Shown here: positions 26,088 through 35,215 of the stretch, piece after piece | How the letters are laid out: each line of letters starts with the position of its first letter | Numbering within the stretch: position 1 is the first letter of the stretch | Assembly: GCA_963818535.1 (NCBI GenBank) | Contig: CAWFSM010000008.1 | Location: 760,892-824,891, forward strand | DNA: 64,000 bases | Direction of reading: 5' to 3' | From: an uncultured delta proteobacterium | GTDB taxonomy: Bacteria > Myxococcota > Myxococcia > Myxococcales > Anaeromyxobacteraceae | Notes under the pieces: model-generated | What the model saw: only the letters and a program-made list of their open reading frames with translations | Told to the model about the DNA's origin: nothing | The model's database searches: none | Translations under genes and position numbers: made by a program

Positions 26088-27263
26088 GTGATGCGACGCG
26101 TGCGCGACATCGAGGAGGCGAGGAAGCGCAAGGGAAGCGTTCCGGGCGGCGGCCGATGGGAGCGCGAGTTCCCGCTCCGGTCCGTGATCTCCGACGACGG
26201 GTCGGCCGACCCCGCCGAGGTGACGGTATCCGACGACCAGGCCGTCGACCTCTACCGCTGGATGCTGCTCTCGCGGGAGGTGGACGAGCGCATGGTCCAG
26301 CTGCAGCGGCAGGGACGCATCGCCTTCTACATCGGCGCCATCGGCGAGGAGGCCACCGTCCTCGGCACCGTGGCGGGCATGGAGGAGCAGGACTGGCTCT
26401 TCCCGTCGTACCGCGAGCACGCGGGAGCCTTGTTCCGCGGGATGCCGCTCGCCACCTTCGTCTGCGACCTGCTGGGAAACGCCGGCGATCGCATGCTCGG
26501 GCACCAGATGCCCTGCCACGAGGCCTGGGCGCCGGGCCGCTTCGTCTCCATCAGCGCGCCCATCGCCACGCAGGTCCCCCAGGCGGTCGGCGCGGCCTGG
26601 GCGGCCCGCATCCGCGGCGACGACATGGTCGCCCTGACCTGGTTCGGGGAGGGGGCCACGAGCGCCAACGACTTCCACACCGGCGCCAACTTCGCCGGCG
26701 TCCACAAGGTCCCGGTGATCATGGCCTGCCGGAACAACGGGTGGGCCATCAGCGTCCCGCGGGAGCTGCAGACCGCGTCGGAGACCATCGCGCAGAAGGC
26801 GGTCGCCTACGGCATCCACGGCGAGCGGGTGGACGGGAACGACCTGCTCGCGGTGCACGCCGCCACCCGTCGGGCGCGGGAGCGGGCCGCGGCCGGGCAG
26901 GGCCCGACGCTGCTCGAGTGCGTGACCTACCGGGTCGAGGGGCACTCGACCTCCGACGACCCCCGCGCGTACCGGGGAACGGAGGAGGTGGAAGCCTGGC
27001 GCGCCCGAGACCCCATCCTGCGCCTGGCCCGGTACCTGGGCTGGAAGAAGCTGGTGGGACCCAAGGAGACCGACTCCTTCCGGGCCGATGCCCGGGAGCG
27101 GGTGCGGCGCGCCGTCGAGGAGGCGGAAGCCTTCGCCCCCAAGCCGGCGATCGAGACCCTGTTCGAGGGCGTCTACGCCGAGCCGCTCTGGCAGCAGAGG
27201 GAGCAGCTCGAGGAACTGCGCGCGGCCGTGGCCGCCGACCCACGCACGGCCAGCCCCCGGTAG
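26088..27263 (+). CDS. 2-oxoacid (pyruvate/branched-chain) dehydrogenase E1 alpha subunit
   Basis: TPP-binding GEGATSANDFH..N motif and YR..GHSTSDD. Confidence 0.9.
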   Translation: MMRRVRDIEEARKRKGSVPGGGRWEREFPLRSVISDDGSADPAEVTVSDDQAVDLYRWMLLSREVDERMVQLQRQGRIAFYIGAIGEEATVLGTVAGMEEQDWLFPSYREHAGALFRGMPLATFVCDLLGNAGDRMLGHQMPCHEAWAPGRFVSISAPIATQVPQAVGAAWAARIRGDDMVALTWFGEGATSANDFHTGANFAGVHKVPVIMACRNNGWAISVPRELQTASETIAQKAVAYGIHGERVDGNDLLAVHAATRRARERAAAGQGPTLLECVTYRVEGHSTSDDPRAYRGTEEVEAWRARDPILRLARYLGWKKLVGPKETDSFRADARERVRRAVEEAEAFAPKPAIETLFEGVYAEPLWQQREQLEELRAAVAADPRTASPR

Positions 27264-27272
27264 CGGAGCCCC

Positions 27273-28247
27273 ATGCCGACGATGAACATCATCCAGGCCG
27301 TGAACGACGCCCTCAAGCTCGAGATGCGGCGCGACGACAGCGTCGTCGTCCTGGGAGAGGACGTGGGCAAGTTCGGCGGGGTCTTCCGCGCCAGCCAGGG
27401 ACTGCAGGAGGAGTTCGGCAAGGAACGGGTCATCGACACCCCGCTGGCCGAGAGCGGAGTCATCGGGACGGCCCTGGGGATGGCCCTCTACGGGCTGAAG
27501 CCGGTCCCGGAGATCCAGTTCGCCGACTTCATCTTCCCCGCCATGGACCAGATCCTGAGCGAGGTGGCCAAGTACCGATACCGGTCGGGAGGGCAGTACG
27601 CCTGCCCCATGGTGATCCGGACGCCCTACGGCGGCGGGATCCGCGGGGGCCACTATCACTCCCAGTCCCCGGAGGCCCACTTCATCCACACCGCGGGGCT
27701 CAAGGTGGTCGTTCCCTCCAACCCGTTCGACGCCAAGGGGCTGCTCACCTCCGCCATCCGCGACCCCGACCCGGTCCTCTTCTTCGAGCCGAAGCGGGTG
27801 TACCGCGCCGCCAAGGGGGAGGTCCCCGAGGGCGAGGTGGTCGTGCCCATCGGCAAGGCCAAGATCACCCGGGAGGGGAGCCACGTCACGGTGATCGCCT
27901 GGGGCGCCATGTGGCACGAGGCCGACCAGGCCGCGAAGGAGGCCGCGGCGCTGGGAATCGAGGTCGAGCTCCTCGACCTGCGATCGCTGCAGCCCCTCGA
28001 CATCGAGGCCATCACCGGGTCGGTGCGCAAGACCGGCCGCGCGGTGATCGTGCACGAGGCGCCGCGGACCTGCGGCTTCGGTGCGGAGATCTCCGCGCTC
28101 ATCCAGGAGCGGTGCTTCCTCCACCTGGAGGCGCCGGTGACCCGCGTCACCGGATTCGACACGCCGTTCCCGTACACGCTCGAGAGCGAGTACCTGCCGC
28201 GCGCACCGCGCATCCTGAAGGCCATCCGCGAGGTCGTCGCCTTCTAG
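27273..28247 (+). CDS. 2-oxoacid dehydrogenase E1 beta subunit
   Basis: VVVLGEDVG..GGVFR...RVIDTPLAE. Confidence 0.9.
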   Translation: MPTMNIIQAVNDALKLEMRRDDSVVVLGEDVGKFGGVFRASQGLQEEFGKERVIDTPLAESGVIGTALGMALYGLKPVPEIQFADFIFPAMDQILSEVAKYRYRSGGQYACPMVIRTPYGGGIRGGHYHSQSPEAHFIHTAGLKVVVPSNPFDAKGLLTSAIRDPDPVLFFEPKRVYRAAKGEVPEGEVVVPIGKAKITREGSHVTVIAWGAMWHEADQAAKEAAALGIEVELLDLRSLQPLDIEAITGSVRKTGRAVIVHEAPRTCGFGAEISALIQERCFLHLEAPVTRVTGFDTPFPYTLESEYLPRAPRILKAIREVVAF

Positions 28248-28267
28248 CCGCACGTACCGGGAGAGAC

Positions 28268-29536
28268 ATGGCCTACCAGTTCCTGCTGCCCGACATCGGT
28301 GAAGGGGTCGTGGAGGCGGAGATCCTCAAGTGGTTCGTGAAGCCCGGCGACGCCGTGGTCGAGGACCAGCCGCTCGCCGAGGTGATGACCGACAAGGCCA
28401 CCGTGACCATCCCGTCGCCCAAGCGCGGGACGGTGACGCGCCTCCTCTGGAAGGAGGGGGACGTCGCCAGGGTCCACCACGCCCTCGTCGAGATGGAGCT
28501 CGACGGCGGTGCTCCCGAGGTGGCGTCGGTCGTTCCTCTGCCCAGGCCGGCCCCGCCGCCGGCGGTCGCACCACCGCCGTCCATTCCCGCCGCCGAGGTC
28601 CGGGCGGCCGTGGCCGAGGCGGTCCATCGCGCCGCCCCAGGTGGCAATGGCAAGGCCCTCGCCGCGCCGGCCGTGCGCGCCCTCGCCCGCGAGCTGGGAG
28701 TCGACATCCAGCAGGTCGCCCCCACCGGGCCCGGGGGCAGGGTCACGAAGGACGACGTGCGCGCCCGGTCGAGCACGACCGGGCAGGCCGTCGCCGGCCT
28801 TGCCCGGCCGGATGCGGTCGCCCCCGCCCCGGGCACCGTGGAGGTCGTCCCGGTCCGCGGTCTGCGCCGGCGCATCGCCGAGAAGATGGCGCTCTCCAAG
28901 CGGACGGCGGCCCATTTCACCTTCGTCGAGCAGGTGGACGCGACCGAGCTCGTCGCCATGAAGAACCGGATGGCGAAGGGCGCCGCGGCCGAGGGGGTGA
29001 AGGTGACGTTCCTGCCCTTCGTGCTCAAGGCAGCCGTGGCCGCGTTGCGGAAGTTCCCGCAGCTCAACGCCTCCTTCGACGAGCAGCGGGGAGAGATCCA
29101 CCGCAAGCACTGGTACGACCTCGGAATCGCCGCCGCGACCGACCAGGGGCTCACCGTCCCGGTGGTCCGGCGCGCCGACCAGCTCTCCATCGTGGACCTG
29201 GCGCGCGAGATCGAGCGGCTGGGAGCCGACAGCCGGGCCGGGCGGTTGCGTCCGGAGGACGTCGGTAACTCCACCTTCACGGTCACCAGCCTGGGCGCGC
29301 TCGGCGGCATGTTCGCCACCCCGGTGATCAACTTCCCCGAGGTCGCCATCCTGGGCGTGCATCGCATCCGCCCCACGCCGGTGGCCCGCGACGGCCAGGT
29401 CGTCATCCGGGACGTCATGTACGTGTCGTTGACGAGCGACCACCGCGTGGTCGACGGCACCGAGGCGGCCGCATTCACCTACGAGGTGATCCGGAACCTC
29501 GAGGACCCGGCCCTGCTCTTCCTTCACACGGTCTAG
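28268..29536 (+). CDS. Dihydrolipoamide acyltransferase E2 component
   Basis: Lipoyl domain (EVMTDKATV), PSBD (APAVRALARELGVD) and catalytic SDHRVVDG. Confidence 0.9.
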   Translation: MAYQFLLPDIGEGVVEAEILKWFVKPGDAVVEDQPLAEVMTDKATVTIPSPKRGTVTRLLWKEGDVARVHHALVEMELDGGAPEVASVVPLPRPAPPPAVAPPPSIPAAEVRAAVAEAVHRAAPGGNGKALAAPAVRALARELGVDIQQVAPTGPGGRVTKDDVRARSSTTGQAVAGLARPDAVAPAPGTVEVVPVRGLRRRIAEKMALSKRTAAHFTFVEQVDATELVAMKNRMAKGAAAEGVKVTFLPFVLKAAVAALRKFPQLNASFDEQRGEIHRKHWYDLGIAAATDQGLTVPVVRRADQLSIVDLAREIERLGADSRAGRLRPEDVGNSTFTVTSLGALGGMFATPVINFPEVAILGVHRIRPTPVARDGQVVIRDVMYVSLTSDHRVVDGTEAAAFTYEVIRNLEDPALLFLHTV

Positions 29537-29539
29537 CGG

Positions 29540-30325
29540 GTGATCGACACCCACTGTCACCTCGACGGCCCCGCCTTCGACGCCGATCGGGAGGCCGCGC
29601 TGGCCCGGGCCCGCGCCGCGGGCGTCACCGACGTGGTGGTGCCCGGCGTGGAGCCGGGTGGATGGGAGCGACTCCTCGGGCTCTGCGCCGCCAGCCAGGG
29701 GTTGCACGCCGCCCTCGGAATCCACCCGCAGGCGCTTCCGGGCATCGACCCGGCCGACGACGACCGGCACCTCGCCGATCTGGAGTCCCTGCTCGCCCGC
29801 GGCGGCGCCGTGGCGGTGGGCGAATGCGGCCTCGACGGCCCGACCGCCGGTTCCGGAGCGCCGCTCGATCGGCAGCGGGCGGTGCTGCGCGGCCACCTGG
29901 CCATCGCCCGGCGGTTCGGTCTTCCGGTGCTGCTCCACTCCCTCCGCGCCCACGACGCGATGCGGGAGGAGCTCGAACGGGACGGCGTGCCTTCGGGTGG
30001 GGTGCTGCACAGCTTCTCGGGGAGCGCCGAGCAGGTCCCGCCCTTCGCCGCGCTGGGGCTCCACTTCTCCTTCGCCGGGCCCGTCACCTACGAGGCGGCG
30101 CGCAAGCCCTTGGCCGCCGCGCGGGCCGTCCCCCCCGACCGCCTGCTCGTGGAGACCGACGCCCCCGACCAGACGCCGCACCCGCATCGGGGCTCGCGGA
30201 ACGAGCCTTCCTACCTGCCGCTCGTCCTCCAGGCGCTGGCCAGCGCGGTCGGAACCTCGCCCGCCGACCTCGACCTGCTCACGACCCGGAACGCCCGGCG
30301 CCTCCTTCGACTCGCCCCGGCCTGA
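29540..30325 (+). CDS. TatD-family metal-dependent hydrolase
   Basis: IDTHCHLD, GECGLD, HSF, ETDAP motifs. Confidence 0.85.
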   Translation: MIDTHCHLDGPAFDADREAALARARAAGVTDVVVPGVEPGGWERLLGLCAASQGLHAALGIHPQALPGIDPADDDRHLADLESLLARGGAVAVGECGLDGPTAGSGAPLDRQRAVLRGHLAIARRFGLPVLLHSLRAHDAMREELERDGVPSGGVLHSFSGSAEQVPPFAALGLHFSFAGPVTYEAARKPLAAARAVPPDRLLVETDAPDQTPHPHRGSRNEPSYLPLVLQALASAVGTSPADLDLLTTRNARRLLRLAPA

Positions 30326-30328
30326 TCC

Positions 30329-31205
30329 GTGACCTCTCCCCGGAAGCCGTCCCCCCGCTCGGATCGCAACGCGCGCCTCCTCGGTCTGGACGCGCTGGAT
30401 CGGCTCTCGGCTGCCCACGTGGTGGTGCTGGGGCTCGGGGGGGTGGGTTCCTTCACGGCCGAGGCCCTGGCCCGCGGCGGAGTGGGGAGGCTCACCCTGG
30501 TGGACGGGGAGCGGGTCGAGGAGACCAACGCCAACCGGCAGCTCCACGCGCTCGACGGCGCCTTCGGAAGCTTCAAGGCCGATGCCGTGGCCGAGCGCCT
30601 CCGCCGGGTCGCGCCTGGCGCCACCATCGAGCCGGTCTGCCAGCCCTACGGAGCCGAGACGGCCGAGGCCCTGGTCCCGCCCGGGGTCTCCTACGTCGTC
30701 GACGCGATGGATACCGTGGTGGCGAAGCTCCACGTGATCGCCCGCTGCCTGGACCTCGGCATCCCGGTGGTGACGGCGCTGGGAGCGGCGCAGGAGGATC
30801 GACCCGACCGCCGTGCAGGTCACCGACCTCTCGGAGACACACACCGACCAGCTCGCCAAGGACGTCCGCAAGTACCTGCGCCGGCGCCATGCGATCTCGG
30901 CCACGGCCCCGCTGGGCGTGAAGGCCGTCTGGTCGGTCGAGGAGCCTCGGGTGACCCTGGCCATGCCAGGCGACGAGGAGGGTGTTCCGGGAGCCCGCCC
31001 CCGGCCGGAGGGGCAGCGGCGACGGGATCCGAAGTGCTACGGGAGCGTCGCCTTCGTGACCGGAGTCTTCGGCCTCGTCGCGGCCGCGGTGGTGGTGCAG
31101 GACCTCGGAGGGGTCGCCCCGCGTACCCCTCGGGTGCTCGCCGACGCCGAGCAGGCGAGGCGCCGAAAGCGCGATATATCCAGGACAACCAGGAGAGACG
31201 GATGA
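30329..31205 (+). CDS. tcdA: ThiF/MoeB-like E1 family protein (TcdA-type tRNA t6A dehydratase-like); apparent frameshift at ~30791
   Basis: VVVLGLGGVGSFTAEALARGGVG, NRQ, then ...IDPTAVQVTDLSETHTDQLAK in the next frame. Confidence 0.7.
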
Positions 31206-32650
31206 CGACCAAGACCTACGACGCGGTGGTGATCGGAGCCGGACCCGGGGGATACGTGGCGGCCATCCGCCTCGCCCAGCTCGGCAAGAAGACGGCGCTC
31301 GTGGAGAAGGAGTCGCTGGGCGGGGTCTGCCTCAACTGGGGCTGCATCCCCTCCAAGGCCCTCATCGCGGTGGGAAACCTCGTCGACGAGATCAAGGCAG
31401 CCGCGGCGCGCGGCATCCTCGTGGAAGCGCCCAGGATCGACGTGGACAAGCTTCGCGCCTTCAAGGAGGGCGTGGTGAAGAAGCTCGTCTCGGGCATCGG
31501 GGCGCTCGAGAAGGGGAACGGCGTGGAGGTGCTGAAGGGCACGGCCACCTTCGTCGGCCCGAACGCCATCGAGGTCGAGGCCGGCGGCGAGAAGACTCCG
31601 CGTCGAGGCACCGGCCTTCATCCTCTCCACCGGCGCGCGTCCCATCGCCATCCCCGGGCTTCGCCTACGGGAAGGACGTCTGGGCGAGCACGCGAGGCGC
31701 TCGACCTGCCCGAGGTACCGGGGCGGCTGGTGGTGATCGGCGGCGGGATCATCGGGCTCGAGCTGGGCACCGTCTACGCCAAGCTGGGGTCGAAGGTCAC
31801 CGTGGTCGAGGCGCTGCCCACCATCCTGACCGGCGTCGACCCGGAGGCGGTCCGCATCGTCCAGAAGCGGCTGCGCCACCTGGGCGTCGACGTTCACGTG
31901 AACGCCAAGGCCAAGGGAATGGAGGCGGCGGGTGGCGCGTGGTCGGTGAAGATCGAGGCGGAGGGCAAGGAGCAGGCCATCCCCGCCGACAAGGTCCTCG
32001 TCGCGGTGGGATTCCGGCCCAACACCGAGGGGATCGGGCTCGAGGTGGCGGGGGTGAAGCTGGACGCCAAGGGCTTCGTGCAGGTGGACGATCAGCTGCG
32101 CAGCTCGAACCCCGCCGTCTTCGCCATCGGGGACCTGGTCGGTCCCCCGTTCCTGGCCCACAAGGCGTCGAAGGAGGGTGAGATCGCCGCCGAGGTCATC
32201 GCCGGACACAAGTCGGCGAGGGACTGGGTGGCCATGCCGGGCGCCATCTTCACCGACCCGGAGGTCGCCACGACGGGCCTCTCCGAGGAGCAGGCCCGCG
32301 CGAAGGGGCTCGACCCCCTCATCGGCAAGTTCGCCTTCGCGGCGCTGGGGCGGGCCATCGCGATCGACCACACCGAGGGCTTCGTGAAGGTCGTCGCCGA
32401 CCGGGAGTCGAAGGTGCTCCTCGGAGTGACCATGGTCGGTCCGGAGGCCTCCGACCTCATCGCCGAGGCCACGCTGGCGCTCGAGATGGGGGCCTACGTC
32501 GAGGACGTCGCCCTCACCGTGCACGCCCATCCGACGCTCGCGGAGGCCTTCATGGAGGCCTGCAAGGCGGCGCTCGGCGAGGCCATCCACGCCATCAACC
32601 GGCCGGAGCGCCCGCGCCGCGAGAAGGCGGCCGCGCCCGCACAGGGCTAG
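31202..32650 (+). CDS. lpdA: Dihydrolipoyl dehydrogenase (E3). Three apparent single-nt insertions at ~31598, ~31657 and ~31692 return to the original frame.
   Basis: GAGPGGY, GGVCLNWGCIPSK, HAHPTL. ATGA overlap with the tcdA stop. Confidence 0.9.
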   Translation: MTTKTYDAVVIGAGPGGYVAAIRLAQLGKKTALVEKESLGGVCLNWGCIPSKALIAVGNLVDEIKAAAARGILVEAPRIDVDKLRAFKEGVVKKLVSGIGALEKGNGVEVLKGTATFVGPNAIEVEAGGEKTPRRGTGLHPLHRRASHRHPRASPTGRTSGRAREALDLPEVPGRLVVIGGGIIGLELGTVYAKLGSKVTVVEALPTILTGVDPEAVRIVQKRLRHLGVDVHVNAKAKGMEAAGGAWSVKIEAEGKEQAIPADKVLVAVGFRPNTEGIGLEVAGVKLDAKGFVQVDDQLRSSNPAVFAIGDLVGPPFLAHKASKEGEIAAEVIAGHKSARDWVAMPGAIFTDPEVATTGLSEEQARAKGLDPLIGKFAFAALGRAIAIDHTEGFVKVVADRESKVLLGVTMVGPEASDLIAEATLALEMGAYVEDVALTVHAHPTLAEAFMEACKAALGEAIHAINRPERPRREKAAAPAQG

Positions 32651-32658
32651 GGGGGCGC

Positions 32659-33783
32659 GTGCGGAGGATCCGGGTCCACAAGCTCGGGCGGGTCGAGTAC
32701 CCCGACGGCCTGGAGCTCATGCGGCTCGCCGCCGAGCGGGTCCGCGCCCGCGACCCCGACGCCGACTGGCTCTTCCTCCTCGAGCATCCGCCGGTCCTCA
32801 CCCTGGGTCGAGGGGCCGACGCGAGGAACGTGGTGGCGTCTCCGGGCTGGCTCGAGGCCCGGGGCTTCGAGGTCCACGAGACCGACCGGGGAGGGGACGT
32901 GACCTACCACGGGCCGGGCCAGTTGGTGGCCTATCCCGTCGTCGATCTCTCGGCGAGGCCCGACGTCCGGAAGTTCGTGGGGACGCTGGAAGAGGCCATG
33001 ATCCGGACCTGCGCCGACTGGGACGTCGCCGCCGGACGCCACCCGGAGCACCGGGGCGCCTGGATCGGCGCACGCAAGGTGGGAGCCGTCGGCGTCCACC
33101 TCAGCCGCTGGATCTCCACCCACGGACTGGCCCTCAACGCCGACGCCGACCTCGGCCACTTCGGTGCGATCGTCCCGTGCGGCATCGGCGACCCTTCTCT
33201 CGGGGTGACGACGCTCGCCGCCGAGCTGCGCGCCGCCGGACGAGCGGCGCCGACGCTCGCCGAGGTCGAGGAGCGGCTGGCCGCCCACCTGTGCGAGCTG
33301 CTCGAGCGGGAGCGGGTGGACGTGGGCTTCGACCTGCACACCATCTCGGTCACCGCCACCCGGGGCGACGGCAAGGTCCTGCTCCTCCGCCGGACCGAGG
33401 AGAGGGGTGGGTTCTGGCAGCAGGTGACCGGCAGGATCGAGCCCGGGGAGGCGCCGGCGGCCGCGGCGCGGCGGGAGCTCCTGGAGGAGACCGGCGCGGA
33501 CGTCCCGGTGCGTCCGCTCGGCTACGTGCACGGCTTCGCCCTCGGGCCCGTCCTGACCGGCAAGGTCGGTGGGGGGCTGCGCACCGGACAGGAGACCGCC
33601 TTCGCCGCGCTGCTCCCCGACGGATTCGCGCCGCGCCTCTCGGCGGAGCACCGCGAGTGGGGCTGGTTCGATGCGGAGGAGGCGCTGGGCCGCCTGCCGT
33701 GGGCCGGCTTGCGCCGGGCGGTCCGGCTGGCCGGGGCAGGGGCCGCCTCGCCCGTGGCGCTTGCCCCGGACCTCGCTTCGTGA
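32659..33783 (+). CDS. lipB: Octanoyltransferase LipB fused to a C-terminal NUDIX hydrolase domain
   Basis: LipB: LLEHPPVLTLGR, RGGDVTYHGPGQLV, KVGAVGV. Nudix box: GRIEPGEAPAAAARRELLEETGA. One uninterrupted ORF. Confidence 0.8.
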   Translation: MRRIRVHKLGRVEYPDGLELMRLAAERVRARDPDADWLFLLEHPPVLTLGRGADARNVVASPGWLEARGFEVHETDRGGDVTYHGPGQLVAYPVVDLSARPDVRKFVGTLEEAMIRTCADWDVAAGRHPEHRGAWIGARKVGAVGVHLSRWISTHGLALNADADLGHFGAIVPCGIGDPSLGVTTLAAELRAAGRAAPTLAEVEERLAAHLCELLERERVDVGFDLHTISVTATRGDGKVLLLRRTEERGGFWQQVTGRIEPGEAPAAAARRELLEETGADVPVRPLGYVHGFALGPVLTGKVGGGLRTGQETAFAALLPDGFAPRLSAEHREWGWFDAEEALGRLPWAGLRRAVRLAGAGAASPVALAPDLAS

Positions 33784-33820
33784 TTCTTTTTCCGGCTCCT
33801 CCAGCGTCCGGGTAGGCCAA

Positions 33821-35212
33821 ATGATCACCGTCGAGAAGATTGGCGGCACGTCGATGTCGAAGTTCGACGACGTGCTCGCGAACATCATGCTGCGCGACCC
33901 GAAGCACGTGTACGGGCGCGTCTACATCGTCTCCGCCTACGCCGGGGTGACGAACGAGCTGCTCGAGAACAAGAAGACGGGCGCGCCGGGCATCTACGCC
34001 AAGTTCGCCCAGGGCGACGACTACCACGGCGCGCTCGACGGCCTGCTCGGCAAGCTCAAGCAGACCAACGCCGGCTTCGCCTCGCTCGGGCTCGACGTGA
34101 AGGCGGCGGACGACTTCCTCGACAGGCGGATGAAGGAGCTCCGCGCCTACCTGGATTCGATGCGCCACGTGCTGGCGAGCGGCTACCTGCGGCGGGACAA
34201 CGTCCTGCTCGCCGCCCGGGAGATGCTGGCCGCCATCGGCGAGGCCCACAGCGCCTACAACAGCGTGGCCATCCTGAAGGCGAAGGGCGTGAAGGCCCAG
34301 CTCCTCGACCTCTCCGGCTTCGACGACGACGACCCGCTCTCCATCGACCAGCGCATCCACAAGTCCTTCCAGGGCGTGGACGTGGCCGGGCAGGTGGTGG
34401 TGGTCACCGGCTACACCAAGGGCGTCGAGGGCATCATGCGGGAGTTCGACCGCGGGTACTCGGAGGTCACCTTCAGCAAGGTGGCGGTCGAGCTGCGCCC
34501 GGGCGAGGCCATCATCCACAAGGAGTTCCACCTGTCCTCGGCCGACCCGGAGATCGTCGGGGCGAAGAACACCGTGCTCGTCGGGATGACCAACTACGAC
34601 GTCGCCGATCAGCTCGCCGACGTGGGGATGGAGGCCATCCACCCGAAGGCCGCGAAGCCGATGGAGCTGGCGGCGATCCCGCTGCGCCTCAAGAACACCT
34701 TCGAGCCCGACCACCCGGGCACGCTCATCACCAAGGAGTACGTGGGCACGAAGGCGCGCATCGAGGTCATCGCCGGGTCGCCCAAGGTCACCGCCATCGA
34801 GATCCACGATCCGTCCATGGTGGGCACGGTCGGGTTCGACGCACGGGTGATGGAGGTGTTCGCCCGTCACTCGGTGTCGTACATCCTCAAGGCCACCAAC
34901 GCGAACTCGATCACCCACGTGGTCTGGGACAAGGCGGTCACGCCGGGGTTCATCGAGGAGCTCGAGAACGCCTACGAGACCGTGACGGTGATGCCGTCGG
35001 CCATGGTCTGCGCCATCGGGACCAACATCGCCTTCCCGGGCGTCCTGGCCCGCGCCACCCAGGCGCTGGCCGAGCACCGGATCAACGTGAACGCCGTGTC
35101 CCAGTCGCTCCGCCAGACCAACATCCAGTTCGTGATCGGGCGGGACGACTACAAGCGGGCGGTGGCGGCGCTGAACGAGGCGCTCTGCCTCCACCCGCCC
35201 ACCGCGGCCTAG
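33821..35212 (+). CDS. ask: Aspartate kinase (monofunctional, ~460 aa type)
   Basis: VEKIGGTSM N-terminus, SAYAGVTNEL, and C-terminal ACT-like region. Confidence 0.85.
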   Translation: MITVEKIGGTSMSKFDDVLANIMLRDPKHVYGRVYIVSAYAGVTNELLENKKTGAPGIYAKFAQGDDYHGALDGLLGKLKQTNAGFASLGLDVKAADDFLDRRMKELRAYLDSMRHVLASGYLRRDNVLLAAREMLAAIGEAHSAYNSVAILKAKGVKAQLLDLSGFDDDDPLSIDQRIHKSFQGVDVAGQVVVVTGYTKGVEGIMREFDRGYSEVTFSKVAVELRPGEAIIHKEFHLSSADPEIVGAKNTVLVGMTNYDVADQLADVGMEAIHPKAAKPMELAAIPLRLKNTFEPDHPGTLITKEYVGTKARIEVIAGSPKVTAIEIHDPSMVGTVGFDARVMEVFARHSVSYILKATNANSITHVVWDKAVTPGFIEELENAYETVTVMPSAMVCAIGTNIAFPGVLARATQALAEHRINVNAVSQSLRQTNIQFVIGRDDYKRAVAALNEALCLHPPTAA

Positions 35213-35215
35213 GCG

